Source of the DNA: Schmidtea nova | Taxonomy: Eukaryota | Direction: 5' to 3' | DNA: 64,000 bases | NCBI GenBank assembly: GCA_044892505.1 | Contig: CM097882.1 | Coordinates: forward strand, 289,912,001 to 289,976,000 | Shown: in pieces, positions 49,250-62,789 of the stretch | Layout of the letters: every line of letters begins with the position of its first letter | Numbering within the stretch: position 1 is the stretch's first letter | The notes under the pieces: model-generated | Database searches by the model: none | Seen by the model: only the letters and a program-made list of their open reading frames with translations | Told to the model about the DNA's origin: nothing | Program-made: the position numbers and the translations under genes

Positions 49250-52200
49250 AAAATGGCTGCAAAACCGATTCCTAAAAAAGGAGTTCCTTGCAATGGAAAA
49301 AATTTCAAGATGAAAATAACGATTACAAGATGAACTTAGACGTGTAAAAGATGAAAACAAACAACTATTGCAAATAAAATCAATGACAAAAGAATTAATA
49401 ATCAAAACACAAGATAAAAGAGAAGAAATAGTAAATAAAAAATCAAATCCACGGGCAGAGAAAACAAACAATCCAAATCCTATTAATGTAATAAGATATC
49501 ATGATATAGATTTTTCACAAGTCCTTGATGATGTTGAGAAAAAAATTCAACAAGGATATGCGGTAGGTATTTTTGGTGTGTGTTGAAACACAGTAAATAA
49601 ATATCACACCGAATCAATAGATTTAAATTTATCAACCATGACGCAATTACAAGGTAATAGAGAATCTTTTAATGATAAATCAGACATGGAGGAATTCATC
49701 TTTACTGGAGTAAAAAGTTTTGTCAAAGATATATTTGAAAGACTAAAAAGAAGTGATTTTGGGAAAGGGGTTGATTTTAAGGGAGAATATTGGGCACGAT
49801 TGACTTATATAAAAGTGGTGGAAAAATATGTAAGTCAAATGAAAAATATGTAAGTGGTGGAAAAATATGTAAGTTTAAAAAATTAAATTTAAAAAATACT
49901 AAAACATTTTTTAAACTCTTGCAAAATGTATTAATGTTAAAAATTATAAAATTAAATGTGTTCGAAAAAAATGTAACTTGTAATCAATGCAATAATCAGA
50001 TGTCATTCATATCTGTCAATTCATTGGTTGATAAATTTTCATTTCAATGTCCTGAGTGTAAGTCGAGACATTCTATCCGCAAAGGATCGACATTCTATAA
50101 TGCGAAACTTTCAATTCAAGAAGTGTTGGCGGCTCTCATAGGATTTGTAAGTAATGAGCCTATTAAAAAACTTGCAGAAACACTCCACATATCGAAAAGG
50201 TGCCTCGTAAAGTGGTATTCAATATTCCGTAATTGTATCACCATGCACCTTGAAAGTAGTTTCCAACAACTTCGTGGAATGGATGAAGTAGTTGAAATTG
50301 ATCAATCTGTCATTGGAAGACGAAAGTATAATGTTGGAAGATCAAGGGACCAACAATGGTTATTTGGATGTATTGAAAGATCAACCTCTAAAATATTAAT
50401 TAAATGTGTTGATAGCAGAACTAAGAGAATTAGATGCTTTAATCAAAGATGTTATCTCTGATAATACATTAGTGATGTCTGATGAATGGCCTGCTTATAT
50501 GAGCTTCTTTTCAGAAAATAACTGTAATTATTCCCATTTAGCTGTTAAACACAAAGAAAACTTTGTGGATCCCAATTCAAGTGCTCATACGCAGAACATT
50601 GAGTGCGTTTGGAGAAGACTAAAATACATGCTCCGTGCAAAAAATTATGTTCGACGATCAAAACTTTCATAATATGTTGATGAATTCTGTTTCCGAGAAA
50701 AGTTTAAGTTCTTTGAATATCATGATTATTTATGTTTATTGAAATAGTTAAATTGTTGAAATGCTCTAAAAAAATGTTTTTGTATTTTTTAAATTTAATG
50801 TTTTTTAATTTAATGTTTATTGAAATAGTTAAATTGTTGTTAAATTTAATGTTTTTCAATGGACTTACATGTTTTTCATTGGACTTACTTATTTTTCAAC
50901 CACTTACATATTTTTCATTTGACTTACATATTTTTCCACCACTTACATATAAGTCAATCGTGCCGAATAATTTTCCACCACTTACATATAAATCAATCGT
51001 GCCGAATATTGTTGTATTCCATCTGATGGGAATTGTTTTATAAAATGTGTTATTGAAATAATTTCTAGAGAGATGGAAAATAAAACACCAAAACAAATAG
51101 CTAAATTTTTGACACAAGATTTACATGTAGAATATTATAATTTGGATAATGATTTTATCAACAAAGATAATTGGATCATTTTGTACAAAAAAAAGAAATG
51201 ATGTTTAATTTCAAAATCAAACCAAGATTGTGGAACCCAAGAATTAAAAGTTAATTTTGAAAAACAAGATTATAGTGGCAAAGATTGTCATGTTGGAAAC
51301 ATAACATCATGTATTTCGATAATAATGTTGGAAAGATATACAAAAATATTTGTATAAAAACCAAGGGGATTATCGTTCTGGAATCATGACTTTGGCTAGA
51401 ATTCCCAACTTTTGTAAAAACCAAAATATAAATGTTTTGTATTATAGTGGAAAAGATAGACATTTGTATCCCAAAGCTAATGTTCAATCATGTAGATTCA
51501 ACATGGTTTTATACTTGTATGAAAATCATTTCTGTTTAATTGATAAATATTATAAAAAGAAGGAATAAATGAGATTAATAAAAATTATATTAAACTACAT
51601 GTTGATTATAATTCTAAAAATGTCGTACAAGTTTCAGAATTCACAACTAGTACCAAAAAAATATCTGAAGATGATACATTTGCATGGGAAGCTTCACCAG
51701 AGGAATTCAATAATTGTTTTTTTAAAAAATGGGCAGCTGGGCTGATATCTTTAAAAGATGTTAAACAAGTATTGGGTATAGATTAGAAATAAAAGACAAA
51801 ACACAACAAGAATTACAAGAAAAAACTTAAACATTACAAGAAAAAGCCAAAATATTTACAGGGTTTGATTGTATTATTCAAATGTTTAAATATATAGGAA
51901 ATATTCCAAACCAAACAAGTGCTCTATTAATTGCACACAATAGAAGTAAATTTGACAATTATTTGGTATTACAAGAACATGGAATTGTTCCATACAAAAT
52001 TTTAAAAACATCACAAGGTATAATTAATCTTCAATTTAAAAATATTTATACATCAAAAGATAATCAAGAAATAATAAAAAAGAAATTTAAAGAAAAACAT
52101 CCAAATATTAAAAATCCAAAAGGGGATAGATTTTTTCAAAAAATTACATTTAGATGTTCTCTTAATCACATTAAAAATAGTTTGGATAATATATGTAAAG

Positions 52201-53050
52201 CATTTAAACTTCCAGTAGAATTAAGCAAATCAAAATTAAAACATGATGATATAAATTTGGAAAATGATTTAGATTGTAAATTAAAATGGGAACCATATTT
52301 AAAATTAGATGTTATATCACTAGCAATAATTATTATACAATATTCGTCAACAATGGAAGATTTGGTTAAACAAAAAATGTCTTCATGCATGTTATCACCA
52401 TCATTATCATTAAAAGGTTGTGTAAAACATCATGATAAACAAGAATTAAAAAAAACAATTGATGAAGGAGAAAAAATATCAACACATGTTGATCTATATG
52501 TTCGATGGTTTATAAGAAAAACTATAAAAAATGGTCGAGTTTCTGCAAACATTAACAAATTTGAATCACCCAAATGGAAAAAAATCGAAATGATATTAAA
52601 CGAATATTTAGGTGAAACTTTTAATCAAACTATTTCACAACTATTAAAATCTTATTCCGAATCAATAGTTTATCCAGCACTAAAAATACTACAACAAGAT
52701 TCTGGTTTAGAATTATTAGAAACACACAAGACAAAAGAATATTTAAAAGATGAAGAGAAATGTATTGAAAAGATGGTTATCGTTTATCAACTAATTTTAC
52801 TAGTATTTTTGAATGGTGTGAAAAGAATCCAGAAAAAATAACCCAAAACAAGATAACAAATATATTTTTAGAATCAAGAAAAAAAATAATGATTTTAGAT
52901 TGGGAAGATCAAGATTTTTTAATGGCGTTTTTTGCAACAAGTTTATATCAGTCAGCAATGGCAGATGAAAATTCTGAATATTCAAAAGTAAAAACAGCTC
53001 GAGGTTTTAAAAAATCTAAACAAGTTGAAATATTAAATCTACTCAACACA
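49250..53050 (+). pseudogene. Polinton/Maverick (adintovirus-like) protein-primed DNA polymerase B remnant, interrupted by Merlin
   Basis: Exo II-like LIAHNRSKFDNYLVL, FRCSL, YLKLDVISL, RKTIKNGRV. CIPSDGNCFIKC is rejoined across the Merlin target duplication. Confidence 0.75.
49793..51003 (+). mobile_element. Merlin (IS1016/ISXO2-like) DNA transposon with frameshifted transposase (about 49930-50730)
   Basis: TIRs GGCACGATTGACTTATAT... with internal AAAAATATGTAAGT repeats; 8-bp target duplication GAATATTG; VVEIDQS...RRKYNVGR, SDEWPAY, HTQNIE. Confidence 0.93.
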
Positions 53051-53830
53051 CTTTATTAACATGAATTGTGATATTAACACCATTCATTGCTAGTTTTTCA
53101 TCTTGTGCACTAGTATCAAAACAAAATATTGAATACAAAATTTTAAAATCTATTAAATTTAATTGTGGATCTACTCCAAATTCATGACATACTTCAACAT
53201 AATTCTGATATATGGTTTTGCTTGATGATTGTTTTTGAAAGAAAATGTTACTGGATTAATTGGATAATAACTTGTATTTAATTGAACTCGTATACTTGTA
53301 ATTTCATTATTACCATCCTTTTGAATAAATTTTGAATAATTTTCTGTAAATGAAGGAGTCAAATCTTTAAAACCAACAATAATAAATCTAGGTCTTGAAT
53401 TCAAAACTGTTGGTTTCCATGAATATTGTGTTCCTTCAGGAATATCAATGCTTGTAGAAATTCTTTCCAAATAATTTACAATAATTGGTTTTGAAGAATT
53501 CATTCTATCTATAATATCAACTTCCAATATTGGATTACATGTTATTGAAGGAACCATTAATTTCAAATCTTCAAAAACTAATTTTGGTTTAGCTCCAGCA
53601 TTTACTCCATAAAATATTTTTTGATTATTTTGTTCTATACTCGCTCTTAATTCAAATGGAATTAGATATATTAATCTTTTGTAATTTTGAAAGAATCCAA
53701 ACAAAGTTTTTAATGGATATATTCCTTCAAAACTTGTTGAATACAATTCTTTTCTAACTAAAAATCCTGTATTTTTGGGATCACCAGCTCCAGTATCAGG
53801 AATCCAAGTATTCAAATATTGTTTGTCAAA
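53050..53830 (-). pseudogene. Polinton/adintovirus major capsid (double jelly-roll, hexon-like) protein fragment
   Basis: YPLKTLFGFFQNY, PRFIIVGF, ITSIRVQLNTSYYP and, after a frameshift, YSIFCFDTSAQDEKL; convergent with pPolB. Confidence 0.7.
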
Positions 53831-54767
53831 ATAATTTACAAAGATCCAAGGGTTTTTTGGGAATTTTTCACAACGCGTACATAAAACAACATTAGTAAAT
53901 AAAGATGCGTATCTAGGAATTTCAGAGCTAATTTACTAGAAATTAATGAATAATTCAATCACTGAATCAGTGTCCAAACTGATTCGTAATAAAGGATGTT
54001 TAAAATGATTGTTCGGATAGAATGGAATTTTAAAATCATTTATTGTTTGCTGATGCTTTGCTGAATAGTTTAGCGCATAATGATCGAGTAAAATGAATCT
54101 ACTTGTTTTCCTGAAAATTTAGGATCTTAGTGATTGAAATTTATATAAATTTCTTTTTAAAACGTTGCAAAGCGATTGTACTTGTTTCAAATTCAATTGC
54201 GAACTCGCTAAACGAAAAGTGGAGGCCGATTTTTCAAAACTTTACATCAATCTGACGCTTTGTTAGCAAGGATTATTTTGTTTTGTCTATTTGTATACTA
54301 AATGTAAATGAAGATAATGATAGAGTAATATAAATGTTTTTGCTTTTTTGCACGTTTCATAATGAACATGTTCAATACGCCAGAAATTATTATAAGCATG
54401 TCTATGTGTATGAAATATTAAATATATTATTAAGTATTTATTTGTTTATTTGATAATTTATTAATTAATAAGGGAATTACAAAGTTTTGTTTTGTTCTGA
54501 ATTCCAGTGAACTGGTATAGATTTTAACTTCAGTTTGGGACTAAAAACGGGCATTATACCTTCCGTCAGTTGCACTTGAACCCACCTGCGGCATTCGGTC
54601 AAATATAGTTTAAATTCATTCGACACTCTGTTTTGTGAATATCCACCCATTTGTTGCAGTACAAATATTACACTGTAGCGGGCAACAATGGATCGAAAGA
54701 CAATTAATCTTTCATAATTATCAATAATAATTCCCATAATGACTATAGATCAAAATTTTTTAAATAA

Positions 54768-54805
54768 GTACACAATATTTCGGCACAGCCTTTATCAAGC
54801 GTGTA
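54768..54805 (-). ncRNA. Minimal hammerhead-ribozyme-like motif in the Penelope pLTR
   Basis: Minus strand TACAC-GC-TTGATAA-AGGC-TGT-GCC-GAAA-TATT-GTGTAC: stem I TACAC/GTGTA, stem II GGC/GCC, palindromic AATATT at stem III. Confidence 0.55.
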
Positions 54806-55508
54806 TTACAATCGTTATATTAACTTAATCCTAAATACTAACCTTAATTATTTATTTTATATTTTATAAAGATTTAATTGGATGAAAAAAATTTATTTTA
54901 ATTTTCTTTTTAAACATGATTTTTATGTGCGAATTGAATTTTGATGGACGGTTTGTATTTTTTGATGTAAAAAGTCTCGGAAGCTTATCTTTGTAATGAA
55001 TTTTTGAATCCCTCTTGTAAAATCTGGCATTTTGTTTCTTCTATAGATGGAGTTGTTTTATGTACTTTTTCCCAGTGCTCGTAATAATTACTTGTTTTGC
55101 TTTTAGTGTGTTCATTAAGTCGGGTGTAAAAAGTTCTATGTGTTTCTCCTATGTAAGTATCGTCACATTTTTGACAAGAAAGTTTATATACTATATTTTT
55201 GGAAAAGCAAAAGCATCGGGTTGTGGAACGGCAAAGACATTTATGTTTGGAGATGTTGGAAATTGATGGCTTTCAGAGTTGTGATTTTAACGGTGCAGGG
55301 GTTATGAAAGTAGGACGGATGTGGATAGGCAAATCGGTTTGGTTAAAAATGTTTGTGATTTTATTCGCTATAGTATCATTTAAGAAAGGTAATCTTAGAT
55401 ATATTGTGTGTTAGGTATTGTTATTATGTTTCTGGTGTTTCTTATTGTTGCGTTTATTGTGGTTTGGTTTGTTAAGGAACTATTTTTTTACAAATTCTTC
55501 AGGGTATC

Positions 55509-58500
55509 TATGAGAAAGTTGGAAGATTTAAGAAATTTTTAATGAAAAATTTTAAAAATTAATTTTAAGATTGATTTTTAAAATATAAAAATATTTTTAA
55601 TTAGAAAAATATTTTTTGGAAATTTGTTTAAATAACAAATTATTAAGAAAACATTATTTTGATAATTATATTTTTCTGAAATAAAAGTTATGGATTCAAG
55701 TTGTTGTAAAACTGTTTTTAATGTTTTAAAGGATGAAAATCCTAATATGGTGGCAGCGGTAAACACTGACGCAATCACCAAAAGATTGCTACCAAAGGTG
55801 TTCTGCCAAGGTGACGACTTGAAAAAGTTTATTAAAAGATTCGAAATTTATTTCGATGCCAAGGGAATCACGCAGAAGAGAGACCACGAAAGATTAACAT
55901 CTTGCATGATTGACGAGGATCTCTTGGAAGTGTATGCCAAAACTCTGAAAAAAGCAGAAGGATTCCAGGCTAGGTTGCGATTGGCATTCGATCGCGAAAG
56001 AGATGTATTAAAGGATATGCAAAGCTTGTTGAATTACAAGCGGAAGGGTGAAGAAATAGAAGCATATTTTAAAAAGGTAGAGGACCTTGTTGATAGGTTG
56101 TTGGAAAATAAAAAATTTACCAAAGAGAAATTAACAGCAAAGATGTTGATAGTATGTGCTGACAATAAAGAAGTTGAGAAAGAAGTAATACTACGGAAGA
56201 TAAAAAGCACAGAAGAAATAAAGGAAACACTAATTCTTATGGATAAAGTGGACAAGCAAAGAGATCAGATAAACGTTATGTTAAGTTACGCTAGAGTGGT
56301 CTATCAGGATCCACATAGAAGAGTACAGTACAAGCAGAAAGAACAGAGAGAAGAAGGTATTCGAAGAGAAAGACCAGAATGCTGGTTATGCTACAAAATA
56401 GGAAAATAAAAGGTAAAATAAAGTGCTGGAGATGTCATAGAAGCGGACATATAAGTAGAAACTGTCCAGATAAAAAAGCTCCAAGATGTTTTGGTTGTGG
56501 GAAAGAAGGTCATATAAAAAGATTGTGTCAGGAAATATGTCGTGAAAGATGTGTAGAAATGGTCATAGATCTGAGGAGTGTTATACAAAAATGAGTTACG
56601 GGAGAGCGATGGAGAGACAAAGACTCACGAGAAACAGATACAGTAGGATAAATGGTATCGAGGAAAAAGAAGAAAGGGAATCGTGTGTAGAGACAAATGA
56701 AGATAATTTTAGGAAGACGTACCCAAACAACAGGGCTCCACCAGTAGAGGAGTTGGTTGGAGCCATATACTAAAAGAAAATTTGATGGGATATTCTCAAG
56801 GGGCAGAAAAGTGGGAGAATGTAGGAAGGGTAAGCGAGAAAGTACACAGGTTCCTAAAGAGAGAAATGTTTGAAGAGGAAGTGGAAAGAATTGGAACCAT
56901 TGAAACGGAGCAGGCTCTTGAAATTTTGTATAACAAAATGCAAGGAAGGCCTAGTATAACAGTAAGGATGAATGGGGAAAATTTCGACTGTTTATTAGAC
57001 ACTGGCGCAAGAATCAATGTAATGAGTGTGAACTGTTTTAACAAGTTACGAGGACAACAATTGACGATAAGTGACGATGCGCAAACGACAGTACGATCGA
57101 GACAATAGGAAAAACAAAGGTGCAAGTAACCATTGGAAATATTTCGAAGAAACTGACACCAGATGTGATTGGAGGAGTCGAATTACAAGAAACATTTGGA
57201 TTTAGACTGTTAAAAATTAAAGATATAGAGGCTAGTGAAAAAGACAAGAACTATATTTGTAACATTAAAGCAAAATTTCGCAGACAAATAAAGGATGAAG
57301 AACGATTGATACGAGCGTTGGAACAGTTAAAGATCAATGAAGATATCAAATTAAAGGAAATTATAACAAACAGTGGAAACGTGTTTATGGCAGATAAATG
57401 GGATGTGGGTCGCACACATTTGGTAAAACATAAGATAGTTACATGAGGTGAGCCGATAAAAATAAAACCATATCGCCAACCATTAAATTTGGAATCAAAG
57501 ATTGAAAAAGCAATTCAAAATTTGTACGAAAATGAGATTATACGGAAATGTAACTCTCCAGGGAACACACCGTTATTATGTGTATGGAAAAAAGAGAAAA
57601 AGGATATTAGACTATGCTTGAATTTCAGACAGCTGAACGCGGTTACAGAGAGGCAGGCATTTCCAATGCCAAACATAGAGGAGATGTTGGATTGGTTAGG
57701 AGGATCCGTCTTTTTCAGCTCAATCGATCTAGGTAATGCATATTACCAAGTGGAATTAGAAGAAGAATCACAAGAGAAAACAGCATTCTCAACAAAGAAC
57801 GGACAATACTGTTTCAACAGAATGCTGTTTGGAATTGCAGCAGCACCAGGTACGTTCCAAGAAAAGATGACAAAAGTATTAGGCAAAATAAAGGGAGTAA
57901 TGGTATATTTTGACGACATCTTGATTTATTCAAGCAGTAAAAAGAAACACTATACAATACTCGGAGAAGTGTTAAAGCTGATTGAGGAAGCAGGACTAAG
58001 GATGTGACACGTGTGTTCAGAGTCAAATGGCCCACGAAGAAGCTAAGAAAGGAAAGATAAAAACCAGATTATTAGACTCGATCAGAGAAGAAGGAAGAAG
58101 CAACGACCAACATGGAATTGTAGAAGAAGTACGAAAGAAAAGGATGATGCCTGAAAATGAGTTACAAGAAACAATAAAGGAAATACATAGACTATTGTGT
58201 CATGCTGTAGTCGAGAAGATAGCCGATTATATGAAAGATAGATATGTTAGAAAACACCTGTGGAGTCAGATTCAGGAAATTGTTCGAAGTTGTGAGATTT
58301 GTCAAAAAACCAAGGCTATAACAATAACAAAGAAAGAAAAAAGAATCAAATGAAATGTTCGAAATTATATTCGTGGATATATGTGGACCGTTGAAAGAAA
58401 CAAAAGGACGTAAGAAGTATATATTGGTATAATATACCAGTATAGTAAGTATCAAGTCTTGACAGCGATAACAAAACAAGACGAAGAAACAATAAAGAAA

Positions 58501-59319
58501 ACGATTTTAGAAAAGTGAATTTTAAGATTTGGATGCCCAAAGGAGATAAGATTTGATTGCGGAAAGGCGTTTGAATCAGGAAAGATGAGAGAATTCACAA
58601 AGATTCTAGATATTAAACTATGTTTTTCGAGTTCATACCATCCCCAAACAAACGGTCAGATAGAAAGACAATTAAGGACAATACGGGAGCTGATAAATGC
58701 TACTTTACAGGATAGAAGGAAGACGGATTGGGCAGAGATATTACCAGAAGTCGAATTCACATTAAATGCAACCAAACAAAAAACGACAGGGAAAAGCCCG
58801 GCAGAGATAGTTTTTGGAAAATAGATTATCAGGGAAAAATGGTACGGGCCCAAAGAAATACCCGTAAAGGAAGAACTAGAAGAACAAACAAGGAAAAAAT
58901 TAAATGTAGGAGAAGAAGTGTTAGTAAAATTAGAAACACGCAACAAAAGCCAGGACAGATATGAAGGTCCATACAAAGTGATCGAGAAAGTGCATGACAG
59001 ACGATACATCTTAAGAAATGAAAATGGTAAAATGATCGAAAGAAATGTGGAAAAACTTAAAAATTTCTTAAGAAAGGGGATATGAGGAAGTTGGAAGATT
59101 TAAGAAATTTTTAATGAAAAATTTTAAAAATTAATTTTAAGATTGATTTTTAAAATATAAAAATATTTTTAATTAAAAAAATATTTTTTGGAAATTTTTT
59201 TAAATAACAAATTATTAAGAAAACATTATTTTGATAATTATATTTTTCTGAAATAAAAGTTCTGGATTCAAGTTGTTGTAAAACTGATTTTAATGTTTTA
59301 AAGGATGAAAATCCTAATA
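55509..59319 (+). mobile_element. Ty3/Gypsy LTR retrotransposon with both LTRs (55509-55747, 59081-59319); internally deleted (RNase H lost) and frameshifted
   Basis: 239-bp near-identical LTRs; 5-bp target duplication GTATC; PBS TGGTGGCAGCGGT; PPT AAGAAAGGGGA; CCHC knuckles, LLDTGA, YFDDI, integrase H-H-CC, YHPQTNGQIER, GPY. Confidence 0.95.
55748..55760 (+). promoter_or_regulatory. Primer-binding site complementary to the tRNA-Leu 3' end
   Basis: TGGTGGCAGCGGT is the reverse complement of ...ACCGCTGCCA-CCA, the conserved metazoan tRNA-Leu(AAG) 3' end. Confidence 0.8.
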
Positions 59320-62148
59320 GTATCCATTTTGGAGGAATCGTATTTTGAACTTTTCTAATGTTTCTTGTATTTTGTTTGCGTCTCAACAGTTTCTTATGGC
59401 TCTTTTTCTTTCTCATATTTGTAATGCAATTTTGCGTTGAAGGTGAACGTGGCTTTTCTATCGGAGGATATGACCACTATGTAAACTTTTAGAATATAGC
59501 TCGGTGTTTTCATTTAGTGTATCTGGGCCTTTTGTGAAGCTTACCATGATATCTAAAAACGGTATTTTATCTTCTGTGTTCGGTGTTTCAAAAGTGAATT
59601 GTATGTTGGTGTTAGTAGAATTTGCGTGTGATAGGATTTGATTGAGAGGGATTGTGGAGACTATGAAGATGTCTTCGATGTATCGTTTCCAGAAAAGTAT
59701 TTTGTCACCCCAAAAAGATCTGATCGTTGATTCTATAAAGTTTATGTAGAAGATGGAAGAAAGGTTATTACTCATGGCTAATCCATGAAATTTTTTGAAT
59801 GGTTTTTCTTTAGTTATGACAATATCTGAATTTATTGCTAATTTTAGAAGTTTTTTAAAGTCATGTTTAGTTAAGTCTGCGAGGTCAGTATTGGCTTTAT
59901 GAGTTTTAAAGAAAGAAGCTGCGATGTCGAAAATATTATTCTCTCCGTGAAGAGGAATAGATCAGTAAAGATTGGAAAAATCAAGAGATCCCCAGAAGTA
60001 CTGATGTCCTTTGTTTAACGGAAGAGACGTATTTGTAATTTTAGAGACGAATTCAGTTGTGTTTTTAAGATGACAAGGAACCAAAGGCAAAACTGCTTTT
60101 AGGATTTCAGAATGAACTTTAGAAAGTGTTGTGGAAGGAGTGTCAACTGCGGATACAAGAGGTCTACTTTTTAAAGGATTTTTGTGGTCTTTAGGTAAAA
60201 TAGTCATATTACTAAGTAAGGGCTCACTACAGTTGCATTTTAAAAGTAAATCTTTGATTTTAAGGTTGATTTGTTTATTTGCAAGTGTTGACAGTTTCTT
60301 ATTGTATAAAATCTGAGTTGATGCAGGTAAGATTATTTTGTTTATCGGTTCATAGTTCGAGAGATGTTCTTCAAATAGAGTGTTGTATTGTTATGTGTCA
60401 ATATAATTATGACAATTTATCAATTTGTGATCTTGCAAACATTTATTTACATTTTTATTTTATGGTTATGGACATTTTTATTTTATGGTTGATGTTTTAG
60501 CTAAGATAGATAGATAGCTTGCTATCTATCTGAGCTTGTGTGTACTTTTTGGTAAAATTTGTTGCGCCTGTGTGCGCAGTTGTTGTTTTAAAAAAATCTT
60601 ATGTATCGCATCTGTATGCGTTTTTGTTCTTTACTGTGGGATTCTTGCGCCTGTGTGCGCGCTGTTATCGTTGGAATTAATTCTTAAATTGATTTTTTAG
60701 ATTTTGGGTGGAATTATATTCTCGTTGTTTTAACGATAGTGTTTGAAATTTTAATTTGATTTTAAGTAGTGTTTTCGGATAGGATTTCATTTCTTTTGAA
60801 CAGAAATAAAATATTTTCAAAAATTCGTTTGTCTTCTCAGCATTCTTAAATAAAAATGAATTTTAGTCCTACCAATTCATTTTTATTCGCTTCTGAATCA
60901 GGGGATGGTGATTTGAAACAGGATCTGAACGCAAAAGTTGTTTATGAAACATCTGTCAAAATTGTAACTGATTATCAGAAAGTTGTGAGAGAAACTATTA
61001 AAGAAATTGAAATATGATCATTGCAAAAAGAGGTTTGACCATAAAACATGCAATGTTCTTTTACCGACTGAAGAACAAAGTCCAGATATTGCTCAAGAAG
61101 TTCATTTAGATCGAGATTTCGAAATTATTAGAGCAGGAGAATGAGGACTTATGTTTAGTGATGTTACCAATGAAACCGCATAATGCATGCTTTTAACTGA
61201 AGTTCTAGCTCATGCTTTGAATAAGCGTTTATCCGAATGCAGAAGAAATGGAATCTTAAATCACAGGGAAATAAACTGTTGTATTATCCCATGTGATTCT
61301 AAAAGACGTCCTATGGCTGATTTGCAACTATAGCATCATGTAACTGTAGCGATTTCTCATTCTCGGACGAAATATATCGCGAACAGACACAATTAATGAT
61401 TAAACTTCATGTGATTTTGAAAGAATATTTTGATTTGAAAATATTTTATGTAAATTAATGTTTTGAAAATAATTTGCAATTTAATTTGAATTTTGGAAAA
61501 TGTTTTGATTTTTTATTCCGTGGAAGAGATAATGATAAAAAATAAACCAATTTCTATAGCAAACTACTAGTAATTATAAGACGTGAATTTATACAAGAAA
61601 TATCAAAAATTTGAAACAACTGATTATTTCATTTTGAAGCCTCTAACCACAAAAAATAATATATTTTTGATATTTTAAATAATTAAAGAAAATTAATAAA
61701 TGTAAACCTGATATTTATAGAAAATTATTTATTATGGAAAATTGATTAAAAGTTTTACTGTAACTAAAAATAAACCTCAAAATTTTTTGAAATATAGTTT
61801 CAGATTATTGATAAGTGTAGGAATACTAAAAGCAAATTAGATTTTATTAATAGAAATTGATCGCTAATTGATAAGTCGGTTTTTCGCAACCGGAAATCTT
61901 GACCGATGATAACAAGAGTTGAAATGAGCAAACTCCATGACAGTCCGTATTGATTTTTTTTTTTTACAAATTTTATTTCAAAAAACTTCTGCTCCGAGGA
62001 GACAGGCTAACGAGTCCCACCCCGGCGGGCAGAGACTTTTAATCCAGCGCAATTTATCATTTTCTAAAACTTCTAGCCAGTGTCTGGTTTAGGGACATTT
62101 GATCGTATGATCGGGAGGAGGAGTAGATGGTAGCATTTGGAGTTGTAT

Positions 62149-62545
62149 TCATTCGGTGTGGCAATCATTTGGTGTGGCAGTCATTCGGTGTGGCAGTCTT
62201 TCGGTGTGGCAGTCTTTCGGTGTGGCAGGAGTAGATGGTAACATTTGGTGTTGTATTCATTCGGTGTGGCAATCATTCGGTGTGGAAGTCGTTGTGGCAG
62301 TCATTTGGTGAAACAGTCATTCGGTGTGGCATTCATTCGGTGTGGCAGTCATTCAGTATGGCAGTTATTAGGTGTGGCAGTCATTCGGTGTTGAAGTCAT
62401 TCTGTTTGGCAGTCATTCTGTTTGGCAGTCATTCTGTTTGGCAGTCATTCTGTGTGGCAGTCATTCTGTTTGGCAATCATTAGGAGTGGCAATCATTAGG
62501 AGTGGCAATCATTAGGAGTGGCAATCATTCGGTGTGGAAGTCACT
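62149..62545. repeat. 15-bp minisatellite array 1 (CAGTCATTCGGTGTG-type unit)
   Basis: More than 20 degenerate tandem units. Confidence 0.95.
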
Positions 62546-62789
62546 GTGGTAGTGATTAGGTCTGGTAGTCATTAGGTCTAAAGAAGTTGATTTAGTATTA
62601 AATTTTGTAATCGATCTGGTATTATATTTGTGATTATAATTGATATTTGAAGGGTCAATAGAAATTGAGGTGGTGTTAGGAACTAAGTAGTTGTCTTTTT
62701 TGTATTCATTATTGTCATAAGTGTTGGGATCGTTATCTGAGTAGTTGATACTGTTATCATCCGAGGAGGGGTGGTAGATATTTTGTGTA

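Larger units (their letters stand above)
54720..60500 (-). mobile_element. Near full-length decayed Penelope-like element (same family as 5505-7830), split by a Gypsy insertion
   Basis: RT motifs LPKDHK..RPLVS, SLDFSNLY, GLAM, WKRYIEDIF, IPFLDI; GIY-YIG at about 55060-55270; high nucleotide similarity to 5770-7830. Confidence 0.9.

Noticed and set aside
60880-61400. Possible Mutator/SWIM transposase remnant (CNCSDF)
   Set aside because: Too degraded; a single short motif.
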